From assembly GCA_019974015.1 (NCBI GenBank), contig BMAW01057368.1:103751-152626 (forward strand): a stretch of DNA of 48,876 bases, given 5' to 3'. The notes under the pieces are model-generated. The model searched no databases and had not been told where the DNA came from. It saw only the letters and a program-made list of their open reading frames with translations. The position numbers were made by a program, and so were the translations under genes. The stretch comes from Nephila pilipes. Lineage: Eukaryota. Numbering within the stretch: position 1 is the stretch's first letter; each line of letters begins with the position of its first letter. Below are positions 26,839 through 38,856 of the stretch, in pieces.

Positions 26839-27050
26839 AATTCTGCCAAGATTATACGCACAGCTGTTTTTGGCTTAGATGACAACAAAAAAGTTAGAAA
26901 AACTTTTAATTTCCCTCAAAATAATCTAAATATTACTAGTGTAGATATTCAGAGTGTTGAACCTGTAGATCAACGAACCAGAGATTCTTTACAAAAATCT
27001 GTTCAACTTGCTATTGAAATTACTACTCAAAGTCAAGAGGCCACAGCTAG
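26839..27050 (+). CDS. MVP: MVP exon [70 protein letters not shown](R)
   Basis: Acceptor AG at 26837-26838 and donor GTAATT at 27051. Matches human [13 protein letters not shown]...[41 protein letters not shown]. Confidence 0.9.
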
Positions 27051-29062
27051 GTAATTATTATTTATGAACTATGTTTATCAACTTTTTAAAGGAAATTCCT
27101 TTTTAAATGTTATGTTGCAAATAATTGTTGATATTTTAACATTTATATCAATGTAATCAATGTTTTCTGAATCATTATATTAATTTTGCTTACCTTTGTC
27201 ATAATATAAAATGAGATGTTATTCTCTTACAGTATTATGTCAGTAAAATTTAACAAAAATGTATACCATGGAAAATTAACCTCTAAGATATGTTAATACT
27301 TAGACTATATATAATATTGAGTTACCATTAATTTAACTTATGTAGATGTTTACTTGTTAAGTGTATTTTACATAAAGATATCAAGGGACTAAATTTTATT
27401 CCTTAATAATATTTTTTTTCCTCATATTTCATTATTTTTGCAAATTAGATTAGATATAAAATGCTTTTGTTTACTACACTTTTAGGATTTATTTTTCAAC
27501 CTTATTAAACTAGTCTGCGTATTGTAGGTACTGTTTTTCATCAATATATGTGCTAAAAATATTACAAAACTAAAAACATGTAATGGGAAAATACTAAAAA
27601 TATGTGCTGTGGAAAATTGTTAGTTTTGTGCATATGATAATACTTTTAAAAAATATTCTTAAACCCTTTTGGGATGGTATGCTGCTGTACTGAAAAGCTT
27701 TTGTAGAAGGATGCGTTATATATGCGTCAATCCCAAATGTCATTGGCAGCCAGGTGATGCACTCGTGAATAGCTATTTACATTAATCTACTAGACAGCTG
27801 AATCACATTTGTATTTTAAATCATTACTTGTTAAATAAAAAAAATTTTAACTGCTAGATGAACAGAGTTAAAGAATGGTGCTTCATGTCTACTAGAGCTA
27901 ATTGAACCTTTAGATTTGTTGACCTAAAAGAACTTTTTCCAATTCTTGGGCTTTGGACTGAGATATATGAACAAAATGTAGCTAATTTCATGTTTCATAA
28001 ACATTGGACAATTTCAAATGCTTTGAATTTTTAATATTTTTTTCACTATAAAGAAAGCTCCTTGTGAAGCTGTGGAAATTTATGATCACCAAGAGAGAGA
28101 AAAATTAGAGGAAGATAATACTCGAATAATGAATTAAATGAATTTTTTTCGAAAGTTAGGCTTAGCAATATGAAATATCTCATCCTCTGAGATCGTCACA
28201 CTGCAAAGGCATACTGTCCACATGGAAAGTTGTTCTTGGTAGCATGCCAAAATGGAAAGTGGAGTCAGATCTGGTGAAAATATGATACATTCATCATGAA
28301 AAGGTTTTAAGTGTCTAGTAATGTTGAATTATAAAACCATGGTCGAGAGAAATTCTTTTTACTGTGATTCTTTTTTCCCCCCATAAGTAATTAAAACAAG
28401 AAAAATCTTTTGGGAACTGCTTTTACATGTTTGAGATTTTTGACCCAGAAATTCCCAAAATATCTTTCTTTTCTCTCATAGTGTTTACTGTCTGATAAAC
28501 AAAATGACATGCCTCGTGGTTGAATAAGCAATCTTTTTCAACTTTTGAACATTATCCTTTTCATTCCATTCTCTCTTTTCATGTATTTTCAGTTTTACCT
28601 TGTTCATTGGTAAGTTTTTTTCCCATGTATTAACAAGCATTTGATATAGCTTGTTGGGAAAATGGTCTTTTCGCTTATAAAATCAACCAAAATATGAGAC
28701 AATGCATTAATTTTTACTCGTATTCTGCTAGTGATTTTATCATGGTCTGGTAATGTATGCGATTTAAATACATTCTTGGAAATTATATAACTGAAGAAAA
28801 TAAAGGAGGATTTGGTTTGTGATATTTTTAGCCTTGTTCCATATACAAGTTTGTTTTTATTGCCTTAGATGATCTAATTACTAAAGTGCTATTGTAGTTG
28901 GAAAGAAATGCATATCATAGTGCATTCATTTTTTTAGGCTTCTCTTTATTTGCTACAATTTAATATATGTATTGCATTTTACTGAAAAGATGATATTCCT
29001 CACATACTTTTTGCACAAATTATATTTGACAAGGAGTTATATGATACATCTCTTAATAATAG

Positions 29063-29306
29063 ACATGAAGCAGAGAGGAGGGAACAAGAAGCACGTGGTC
29101 GTCTGGAACGACAACGAATATCTGATGAAGTTGAAGCAGAAAAGTCAAGAAAGAACTTGCTGGAGTTAAAAGTTAGTAGCATGTCAATTGAAAATTGTGG
29201 TCAGGCTAAAGCAGAAGCTTTGAGTCGTGCAGAAGCTCAAAGAATTGAAGCTGAAGCTGCCGTAGAGCAAGCCAGGTCAAAAGCAGAAGCTATGAAAATT
29301 GAAGCA
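29063..29306 (+). CDS. MVP: MVP exon (R)[81 protein letters not shown], start of cap-helix region
   Basis: Acceptor AG at 29061-29062 and donor GTACGT at 29307. Matches human [65 protein letters not shown].... Frame of ORF 29157..29366. Confidence 0.9.
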
Positions 29307-29466
29307 GTACGTTATCTATTATTATTTCAAAAATACTCCTCTTTTTCTTTCAACATGAACTGTTAGTTCAGTTTTAATTTTTGGCTAAGTGCATAGTGCA
29401 TTTTTCATTTATCCAATTAAAATTTTGTTTATGACAATTTTTTTATTTTAAATTATAGAATTGCAT

Positions 29467-29507
29467 TTTTTTTTTTTTTTTTTGTTTTTTTTTTTTTCCT
29501 CTCTTGG
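29467..29507. repeat. Poly-T tract of about 40 nt, interrupted
   Basis: tttttttttttttttttgtttttttttttttt, intronic. Confidence 0.9.
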
Positions 29508-30086
29508 CTTTGCTTTGGAAATTATTAAATCGCTTATTATAATTTTATTTTATTTTATATTTGTATATATGCAATTTTGTTCATATCATTGATCCCTTCA
29601 AGTTATAGGAATTATTAAAAATTATTTCTGAAACATTGTATCATTTTTAGACAGTTTAAATATTTGTTGAAATTAATAAACATAATTTCAATGTAATGAA
29701 AAAAATATTGTATGTTTCAAAAGTAATAATTTGATATTTGAGCTTTTGTTTCTTTATTCTAATTTACATAATTTCAGCATCTCTTAAAATATAAATAAAT
29801 CATATTTGTTACTTTTCGACTTTTGAAAATTCATAAATATTTTATTTATTATTTTAATGATTTTGATTTCTATTTGTAAACATTTTGAATAAAATAAAAA
29901 TTTGTAAAATTTTTGATATTGAACAATATTCTATATTAGTTTTCTAATTTTTTCAGTTTTTGAATAAATGAATGTTATGAAATGCTTTAATTTTTATTTA
30001 AGCATTTTTCCAAAGTTTTTTCACTTAAAATTTTCAAATACATAGTTTTAACCTAATTCAATAATATATTTTATGAATGCTGTTTT

Positions 30087-30092
<6 letters not shown>

Positions 30093-30119
<27 letters not shown>
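30093..30119. repeat. (TA)n microsatellite
   Basis: tatatatat... run. Confidence 0.9.
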
Positions 30120-30123
<4 letters not shown>

Positions 30124-30303
30124 GTAAAATATGTTTTTCTTAATTAATCTGTAATAAAAACCATAATATTTTTTTCCCCCCCAAATTTTGTTAATTTTTT
30201 TTATGAACAAACATTATTTGAACAGTTGTTTGGTAATTATAAATGTGAAATGCTTAAGTTGCAATAAATAAAATAATTGTACCTATGAAATTTATTTTTG
30301 TAG

Positions 30304-30492
30304 GAAACTGAGTTGGAACGTCTGAGCAAAGCTAGAGAGGAAGAACTGCGTTACCTTAAAGAGCAAAACAATATTGAAGTTGAAAAGCTGAGAGAAGTTG
30401 CCGATGTTGAAGTTCGGAAATTTAAAAGCATGGTTGAAAGTCTTGGAAGTGATACCATTCAGGCTGTGGCTTGTGCTGGACAAGATTTTCAG
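30304..30492 (+). CDS. MVP: MVP exon ETELERLSKAREEELRYLKEQNNIEVEKLREVADVEVRKFKSMVESLGSDTIQAVACAGQDFQ
   Basis: Acceptor AG at 30302-30303 and donor GTCTGT at 30493. Matches human [65 protein letters not shown]. Frame of ORF 30313..30534. Confidence 0.9.
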
Positions 30493-32799
30493 GTCTGTTT
30501 TAACACTGATTTTTTTTTTCCTTTGCTAAGCTGAATTAATAATTTTAACGACAACAAATTACTAAATTTAATATAATGAAATATAAAAGTAATTACTAAC
30601 CTTTTTAAGGAATTATAATCTTTAATGTTTCTTTAGATGGCCCATTTGAGATTCCTTATTAGTCACAATGGGTTCAATTCATAAACCCATTGTGACTAAT
30701 AATTCATTCACATAAATGTAGTCGCATGTTTCCTGTTTAGATCAAAATTTGACATCAGTCTTGTACTTGTTGTACTTGCAAATTTCCATTTGCAATTTCA
30801 AGTTTAATAATTAAATAACAATGTGCTAGCATTAAGATTCTCATGAAATATTTGTCAAAACAAAAAGAATTTACTTATTTTTGCTTTTTTTCTTACATAA
30901 TGCAAATACTTCTAAATAAGTGCATTTTTAACTTAGAAGTTAATATTGTTACTAATATGTATTTTTTTTTAAAGAAAATTATTGTGAAGAGCAAAAGTTG
31001 GTAGCTGTTAGATGTATGAACTGATTGAGTGGAAAAATGATTACCTTGTTATATTTTTATGAATAATTTTAAAATTAATGTGCTGATATGTTAACTTTGA
31101 ATTATTCTACTCTTTCACAATATTTGACTCCCCACCCCCTTCTCTTGTGTTTAGTATTTAATGAATGAAACCTCATTTTGAAAGTAATTGTGAAGAAAAT
31201 TTATTTTTCAAAATATTTTTCAGTTTCATAACTATAAAAGAAGTAATGAAGATAATTTTTATTACATTGTAAAATAACAAAGGGAGAAGTTCAACTCAAA
31301 CAATAATTGTGTTTATTATTGTTATATAACTGCTAGATAATTAAGCTTTCTGGTAATTATGCAAAATCCTGTTGCTGTAAATTGATCAGTCAAAGGCCAA
31401 TATACCAATTTCTTTATTATTCCATGCTGTTACATGCTTTGCAATTCTTTTCCTTTTTAATAATTATTTCTACTTTTCAAATTTTAAAAATGTATCCCTG
31501 TAAATTACATATTTTTTCTTATTATGAAATACAAATAATATTTATCATTATATTACAGTTGTTTGATATTTTTTTTTTTTTTTCAACGTCTCTTTTCAAA
31601 AAAGTTGCTATTAATTCATGATTGATCAAAGTAAAGGGGGGGGGAGAAGGGATGGTGTAGGTATTTAATGACATTTTTATATTCGCATTGTAACTTAGTT
31701 AGAAAGCCCGCTGAATAACTTGTGCCAGAAAAAAAAATTAAAAAATGTGTTGCTTTGTGCAATAAACCAATGGTTTCATTTCCCTAAAATACAATAAAAT
31801 AATATAATTAAAGTTTTTGTATGAAAGATGTCTGTCAGTGAAATTTAGGTTTTAGCATTTATTCCATTTCAGCTTTAACGTATTTTAATTAACTATTTAA
31901 AAAAAAAAAGTAACAAAAATGTAAAGAAGTTGAAAAATTTTCATATTTTTCAACCAGTATCCATGTCAATTATTATTATTTTTCTGTAAAATGAATTTTG
32001 GGTTATTATCAATATGACTTAATCCCACACATCTGGCTATAAGGATTAGGGATTTGCATTCGATTTGTTTTCTATTGCATCATAGGTGTTCATTTTTGAT
32101 TTGTTACCTATTAATATCTGTTGCTTTTCGGGTTGAATGCAGAATTTCACATGTATATAAGATGCTGATTATATAAGGTATTACATTATTCCCTTTTCTT
32201 GTTAGTTACATAACTAATAATACAAGTTGTGTTTTTGACATGGGTATATCATTGATCACTCCCTATATCTTTTTGTTAATAAGCCAGGGATAAACAGAGA
32301 GATTAATGATTGAGTAACTTTTATTTTAAACTAAGTTTTTTATTTTAGAGACTGATGTTTTGTTTTGCTCTGCTTTTAAGTTGTGACTTATTTTATTATT
32401 TCTAGCTTAGATAGGCTTGTCAGTCATAATTTAATCAATATTTGATAGCCCTACATATTTTGTTGAAATTCATTATTTATTTCTAGTTTTTATAGATCTA
32501 TAAATCTGGCCTGAGGAATAATAATAAAGGCTTGTACCTCAGTCTGTTAATAAATCCTTTAGTTCTTGATATTTATTTTTTCTTTTGCCACCCTTTAACA
32601 TTTTAGGGTTTTTATTAATATATATCCTTCATCAATTATTTTATGATGAGGGATATGTTCAAGAGCTTTGTAGCTGCCAGTTTTGATTTTTTTTATTTGA
32701 TTGAAGACTCCTGTAGAATAATGAAGCTGCTTCTTCATGATAGATCATTCTGGGCCTCAAACTCATGATGTGATATGGTGAAGTTTCTTAAAGTATGAA

Positions 32800-34900
32800 T
32801 TCAAGTACTTAACTCTTATCTTGTAATTTAAAATTATGAGAACCTTTAATCAAATAGCTTGTGTTGGTGTATAGCATGGGTGGCCTAGCTCCTTGATAGT
32901 CGGAGCCATTTCTCAAAATTTGAAATTTTTTGCGATCCGCAATTAAAAAGGTATTAAAATTTTTTTTTACAGAAATTATGTTTATTGAAAACATATAAAA
33001 AAAAGTACAAAATGTTTCTATTGAATTTAAAAATTAAACACATTTATTTTACTTATTTTGATAATTTTTTAAAATTTGGTGAATATTTGGTGACAGCACT
33101 TCTCAGTAATTCTTTCAGATACTGGGTAGATAATACTGAATGGTGTTTGGATTTCACGAATTTTAAAGGGGAATAAAATGATTCTTATAAGTACGTTGTT
33201 CAGAATATTGAAATAATTCAACAAGCAGCCTTTTTTAATTCAGAATACTTCGATTCTGGTACAAATTTCCTAAATTTAGTAATTGGCGTCAACTTATATT
33301 TTAATTGTAGAGCATGATCTTCTTGCATCTCTATTAATTCTAATTCTCCAGATGCTTTTTAGGTCATAATTATATTGGAAATGGAAAACTCACCTTGAAT
33401 TATGTTAATTTCAAATGGATTTAGAAAAAAATCAACATTTTAAATTTTCAAGAGACATTTTAAATTTTTCTAGTCTTGAAATCTATTTTGTAATTCTGTC
33501 AATATACCTTCTATCTTTTTTATATACTCATTGAGTTTTTCTTGTTTAATATTGGAACAAATTTTTATAATTTGAGGAAAATGACAAAATGTTTTATTTT
33601 TTATATCATTTTAAAAAAGTTGTAATTTAGTTTGAAAACTAAATATTCACTGTGAGAGGTCAGATATTATTTTATCTTTCCCCAGCAATTGTAAATTGAG
33701 TGTTTGCAAATGTTCCATGACATCAGTCAAAAACATTGTCTTGTTACCACTCATCATCGTCTAATTCTGAATAGGTGATTTCCTTTTCTTTTACAAATGC
33801 AGTTATCGGATCAAACAAATCTACAAATCAATTAAATTCATTGTAGCTAGGTAACCATCTAACAATGCAAAAGCAATTAATGTCATTTGGAAGTTCTTCG
33901 TCCTTTAATTCTTCAAGGAAATATTTGAATTGTTAATGATTTTTTGCATTGGTGCGAATGTAATTTACAATGTGTAACACTGTTTTCATAACATCAGGAT
34001 ATTTTAAATATTTTGTAACAAGATGCTCTCGGTGAATTATGCAGTGAATCGGTATGAATTGTGGAATTTTAGAATCATCTCTTAAAAGTCCAATAAGACT
34101 GACTTTTTTACCCAGCATTGCCGGAGCTCCATCAGTTGCAATGCTTACAAGTTTTTTAAGAGGCACATCAAAGTTTTCATTATGGAATCTAATGCATTTT
34201 TAATATCGTCGCCACAGGTTGAAGTGCTACTAATTCTAATAATTCTTCTTTGACAACGAAGTCAGATGAAACAAAAGGTATGAAAACTACCAATTGCGGA
34301 AGATCTGTGATATCTGTCAATTTGTCAAGGGCTAAGCTGAATGCAATACAGTTCTTCAAATCATTTTTTAAATTATATTCAAGAGATGTATTAATTGCAG
34401 TTATGTATTGTTCGGTTGTGTGTCTCGAGATGGGAATTTGCGAAACAACTTTCTGCAATGCTACATTATTTAGATCTAAAACTTTAAGTACATCTTCCAA
34501 GTTTTTTTTTAATAAACTCTACTTCTCCATATGGGCATTTTGCACAAGCAATATTCCTGGCAATAACAGAACTGGCTTCAGCCACATTATCTTGATTGCT
34601 AAAGGTCGTCAAAATTGATTGTTTATTTAAATTCAATTTTAAAGATGCAAGTTCATCTAATTTTAATTTGGAATGTGGTGGATACAGATTAGAAAACTGA
34701 GGATGATTGGTTTCATAATATTGACGTAAATTGCGAGCTTTATAATTTTTGACCATAGAATTACAAATAACACATAATGCTTTTCTGTTATTGTCAATAA
34801 AAAAGAAATTCTCCTTCCACTCATTATTAAAACTTATATTTTCTTGCTTGTATTTTCTTTTTTTATTTTTGTTCCCTGTCATCATATTTTTAAAGGAATT
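32800..34900 (-). pseudogene. hAT-superfamily (ZBED5/FAM200/Buster-like) transposase pseudogene, antisense in the last MVP intron
   Basis: Three consecutive minus-strand ORF pieces: 34885..34484 (FNNEWKENFFFIDNNRKALCVICNSMV, N-terminal zinc-finger region), 34500..34189 and 34166..33933 (SIATDGAPAMLGKKVSLIGLL...IPIHCIIHREHLVTKYLKYPDVMKTVLHIVNYIRTNAKNH). The last block is the characteristic hAT/ZBED5-family DDE motif. A degenerate continuation (..FLEELKDEELPNDINCFCIVRWL..) lies below 33933. It is broken by frameshifts. Confidence 0.65.
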
Positions 34901-35522
34901 GGAAATAAATAAAGAAATTTAGAAAATACAAGTTTTGTGTTATTTAAACAATAACACATGTTACATACTATGAAACAAATTATAGTTATCTTACCAAAAA
35001 TTTCAGTTTACAAATTATATCGTTAGCAAGAGTGATCCAAATTGTTTCCTCCAGAGCACAATGTCTACTGTCTGTTGCAATGAAAGCTTACAAATTTATT
35101 TATTTCTGTCTGGAGTCGGTCGATTACAGACAATTATGCCAATGTTTATTTTGTTTGTGCATTTTCAATGAGTCATATTCTTAACTTGGATGGAAATGAA
35201 ATTTGTTACAATGTTGCACTTAGTCATTCATATTTATTTTCAGTAATTTAAAACATTTTGATACCCCATACGGAACGAAAGTATTTTTTTAAAATATAAC
35301 ACAGAAATGAAAAGGAAACTCGGATACATTTATCGAGTGCCGCAAATAATCCTACAAAGAGCCGTAGGTTGGACCCCCTTGTATAGCAATGTTTTAGTAT
35401 GAGTAAAAAGTTTATAAAAAGATGAATAATGTATTCTGAACAGAACCTTTAAGGTAATTAGATTTATAAAAGTATTATATAAAGAATTTTTCTGTTAAAT
35501 TGAATTGAATTTTTTTTTTTAG

Positions 35523-35666
35523 GTTAAACTTCTCCAAGGTCTTGGAATTCAATCAGCTTTAATTACAGATGGTAAATCACCTATTAATCTTTTTAATACT
35601 GCTCAAGGCTTTCTTGGAAGTGCAATAGCTGCAAAAAGGCAGCGTCTTGACAGTGATGCATCATAA
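35523..35666 (+). CDS. MVP: MVP terminal coding exon [47 protein letters not shown], including TAA stop at 35664-35666
   Basis: Acceptor AG at 35521-35522 after a poly-T tract. Matches human [32 protein letters not shown]. The C-terminal tail is shorter than the human one. Confidence 0.85.
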   Translation, partial: VKLLQGLGIQSALITDGKSPINLFNTAQGFLGSAIAAKRQRLDSDAS

Positions 35667-35935
35667 GTTACTCTAGCTGGTGCAATTTGCATTCAAAGTA
35701 TTAAATTTTAAGAGATTCAGTTAACTGTATAATGTTATCTTCTGGCTTGCATGATTACTAATTGTTAAATGGGCTTATATTTAGTGACATATAAATAATT
35801 TTTAAATATTCTTGATGGTGATAATGGTTATTAATTCTTAGGAATATTTTTGTGTTTGAATATGTAATTAATAATTCCACTTTTATTCACTATTTTTATT
35901 TAATTCACTGTTTTTATTTAAATTGACAATTTAAA

Positions 35936-35941
35936 AATAAA
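35936..35941 (+). promoter_or_regulatory. Candidate polyadenylation signal AATAAA for MVP 3' UTR
   Basis: Canonical AATAAA about 270 nt downstream of the MVP stop codon. Nothing but sequence context supports it. Confidence 0.3.
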
Positions 35942-36301
35942 GTCCACATTTATCACTAATTTCATCTGTGTAATGGCAAAGATGATTTTATGTATACTTA
36001 TTTTATAAAGACTGTGCTCCTTACTGTTGTTGGCACATAGTATTTGAACAACTAATAATGTATAAATTAATTGCACATGATTTTTCTGATAATGTTTTCC
36101 AGGATTAGTTATGTTTCGAATTTTATTTTGAAATTTAAGAAATTGTGTTCCCTTCTGTAATATATAGAATCATTTTAATCAGGCCTGTTCATGGTGTATA
36201 TGCGGCAAATGTCTTACACACACGTGGTAAAATTTAAGGGTGTCAAATTCGATTGGTATCTTGTAATGTGGAAGTTACTTGTGCAAGGACAAATATATTA
36301 T

Positions 36302-36304
<3 letters not shown>

Positions 36305-36332
<28 letters not shown>

Positions 36333-36342
36333 TCTAAAATAG
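36305..36342. repeat. Poly-T tract of about 35 nt
   Basis: Homopolymer run downstream of the MVP 3' end. Confidence 0.9.
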
Positions 36343-38394
36343 CAAATGCAATAAACTAACATATTATCAGTTTTTAAAATTATGTAGGAACACACAAAAA
36401 ACTACATGCTCGTGCAAATCCCCAGGAACAGGCTTGATTCTTATGTGTTGTAAGTATGTAATTTCTGCAATATTTAAAACATGTAATATTTTGATTTTGA
36501 AATTAATTAATAATATTCTTGTATGTTAAGAATTTCAAACTCACATGCATGTATTGAATGTACTTTACTATTGCTGTTTATGCTGTATAAATAAAATGAA
36601 TTATGTACTGAAGATAATAGAACTGTAATTAGTCTTTTTATTAACATACATTAATAACTATCTATATTCTATTTTATTTGGAATGTAATAATGGAATGTA
36701 TATTTATATATTGCTTTGACATGTGTATTTTCTTTTGTATTATGAAACATTAGGATTTTTAATGTATATACTTAAATTTATATTAATGTGCTGTAATCTT
36801 TATTATTAGCCTACTTGTCCTCAAAATAAGAAGGTAATCAGTATTTTGAATACTCAGGACTTTTTGTAAAATTTCGTATATGTATTGAAAACGATGAGAG
36901 TGAAAAAAATCGGCTTTATAATTTATATTTTATTTCTAAGCTTTAAAATTTTGGTAATTTATATGAAGAACTTTTGTGTAAGTTATTTTCATCTATATGT
37001 TTTCAAAATATGAATAAATGGAACAATTTAAAAAAATTTGGTTTGTTAAAATATATCTTTAAGCCAATATGCCTTCATTTATATACTTGTAAAAAGGAAT
37101 TAAAATTATATACTACATTTTAGCTTCAAGTTGATATATATATGAGATTACTGTTTGAATATTTATAATTAAGTATATAATATTTGTTAAACAATATTCA
37201 TTATCTCAATAATAAATGCTGAAATTGTTGTAAAGATGAAGATAAATACGATTTTTCTTTTAAAGTATTTAAATTTATTCATTTAAAATCTTCTCTTATG
37301 TTTTGCTTATCCATGAAACATTGAAGTTCAAGTTTATATTAGCTTATTACTAGGGTTAACAGAATTAGTAATCATAACCTTTTTTGAAATATCATTATTG
37401 CTATCTTGTAGATGTCGGAGCAGTGAAAAATTTAAGTTTTATATATTTAAAAAAATTAAATTTTTAAACCTAATAAATAGAACACATATACATATGACAC
37501 ATATATATCATATAGCTGTGTGTCTATATGATATATAAATATATATGTATTTGGAATTGTCCTAATTGTGTTAATGCTTTATGTCCAGATTTGGCTTTAC
37601 TGTGTAAGGAAAAGTCATTAATCTATTGAGTTTGCAATTGTTATTGAAATCCAATTAAGCTGTATTTTGTGAAATTTTTAAAAGCTTTAATGACTAAATG
37701 AATATATATTAAATGTTTTAGAAAATGTTGTAAATTTTTTCTGTGTTTATTGTTAAATAAGAGAGATGGTTTATTTTTAATCATAAATGCCATATTGCTC
37801 CTTTAATATTTTCCATTAAAATGTATTTTTGATTTAAAAAATGTTAATATTTTTTTAAATGTATGTAGTAAATTACGTAACTATAAATTGTACATTGTGA
37901 AAAAATGTTTATAAAAAATATTCATGTTATCTTATTTATTTTTGACAATTGCAATAAATGATATGTTATAAAATTACGACTTGTCGTTTATTTTTCGTTA
38001 AGTGTTTCCAATGTTTTGAAAAATGTAGTTCAGGATCTAAGATGATGCCTAGATATTTAGGATAGTCAACTCTTTTTATTTGGGACTCCTTTATCTTTAT
38101 GGTCGCTCTAAAAGTGCTACGAAGTTGTTTGTCGGAAGAAAAAATGCAGTAGTTGGTCTTGTCTGCTTTGATGGTCAATTTCAAATCTTCAGCTCATGCA
38201 GCGATGCCCCCAAGAGTAGCACTGATTAAAATAAATTGTACTTAAACTTAAAAATAAATAACTCTCAGATTATCTGTTTCTTATTATTTACTAGTCGTTT
38301 TTTTGAGGCCAGAAATAAAAACTGCTTTTCGATCTTTCATTTTTTATTTTCAACAATAAACAAAAACAATTACAATTCTGCTGCTTATTTTCAT

Positions 38395-38512
38395 TAAAAT
38401 AAATTTGAATTACACAAGACAAATTCCAGGAAACGTGTATCTGCTGCAGACTTAAATAAAATAACTTTGAATTATGCAAGACAAATTCCGAGAAACATAT
38501 GTGCAGCAGAAC
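38395..38512. repeat. Tandem duplication of a roughly 58-bp unit (ttgaattacacaagacaaattccaggaaacgtgtatctgctgcagac / ttgaattatgcaagacaaattccgagaaacatatgtgcagcagaac)
   Basis: Two diverged adjacent copies inside the insertion cluster that splits the LINE RT. Confidence 0.65.
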
Positions 38513-38573
38513 TAGAGCAGCTTAAAAACACCAAAAAGGGCTCCTAAAAACTAGCATCTATCTAGCTCATGAT

Positions 38574-38856
38574 GGGGCCGCGGTAGCCTAGTGGTCAAGG
38601 TCGTGGACTAGCGGCCGGCGGTTTTCGTTCAGTCGCGGGTTCGATCCTTGGCAGCCAAAGACCCGCCGTGTAGCCAGGGCTGATTCACGTTAAATCTGTT
38701 CGGGGCCCAAAGTCCTTCCATTGGCATGCTGTGGAAGTAAGGAGACGGGGTGGCAGCTCAGGTGTCGTCCTCGTCACTTGACCGTGGTTCAAAATTACGA
38801 GGTCCGTCGCCAATAGCTCTCGTGTTGCTTCTAGTGCGACGTTAATAAAAACTAAA
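38574..38856 (+). mobile_element. tRNA-derived SINE copy A, nested inside the LINE, with target-site duplication
   Basis: The head GGGGCCGCGGTAGCCTAGTGGTCAAGG...GGGTTCGATCC has A-box (TAGCCTAGTGG) and B-box (GGTTCGATCC) polymerase III promoter motifs. It has the conserved 3' module ..caaaattacgaggtc..gttgcttctagtgcgacgttaataaaa. Flanking direct repeats atctagctcatgat sit at 38558-38573 and 38857-38870. Confidence 0.75.

Noticed and set aside
28080-28330. Possible mariner transposase fragment in the GC-richer block
   Set aside because: The three forward frames showed no mariner hallmark motifs.
38574-38650. A genuine tRNA gene
   Set aside because: The tRNA-like segments are the heads of SINE copies. 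They are followed by the about 200-bp family-specific body, recur with target-site duplications, and show acceptor-stem and anticodon-arm degeneration.
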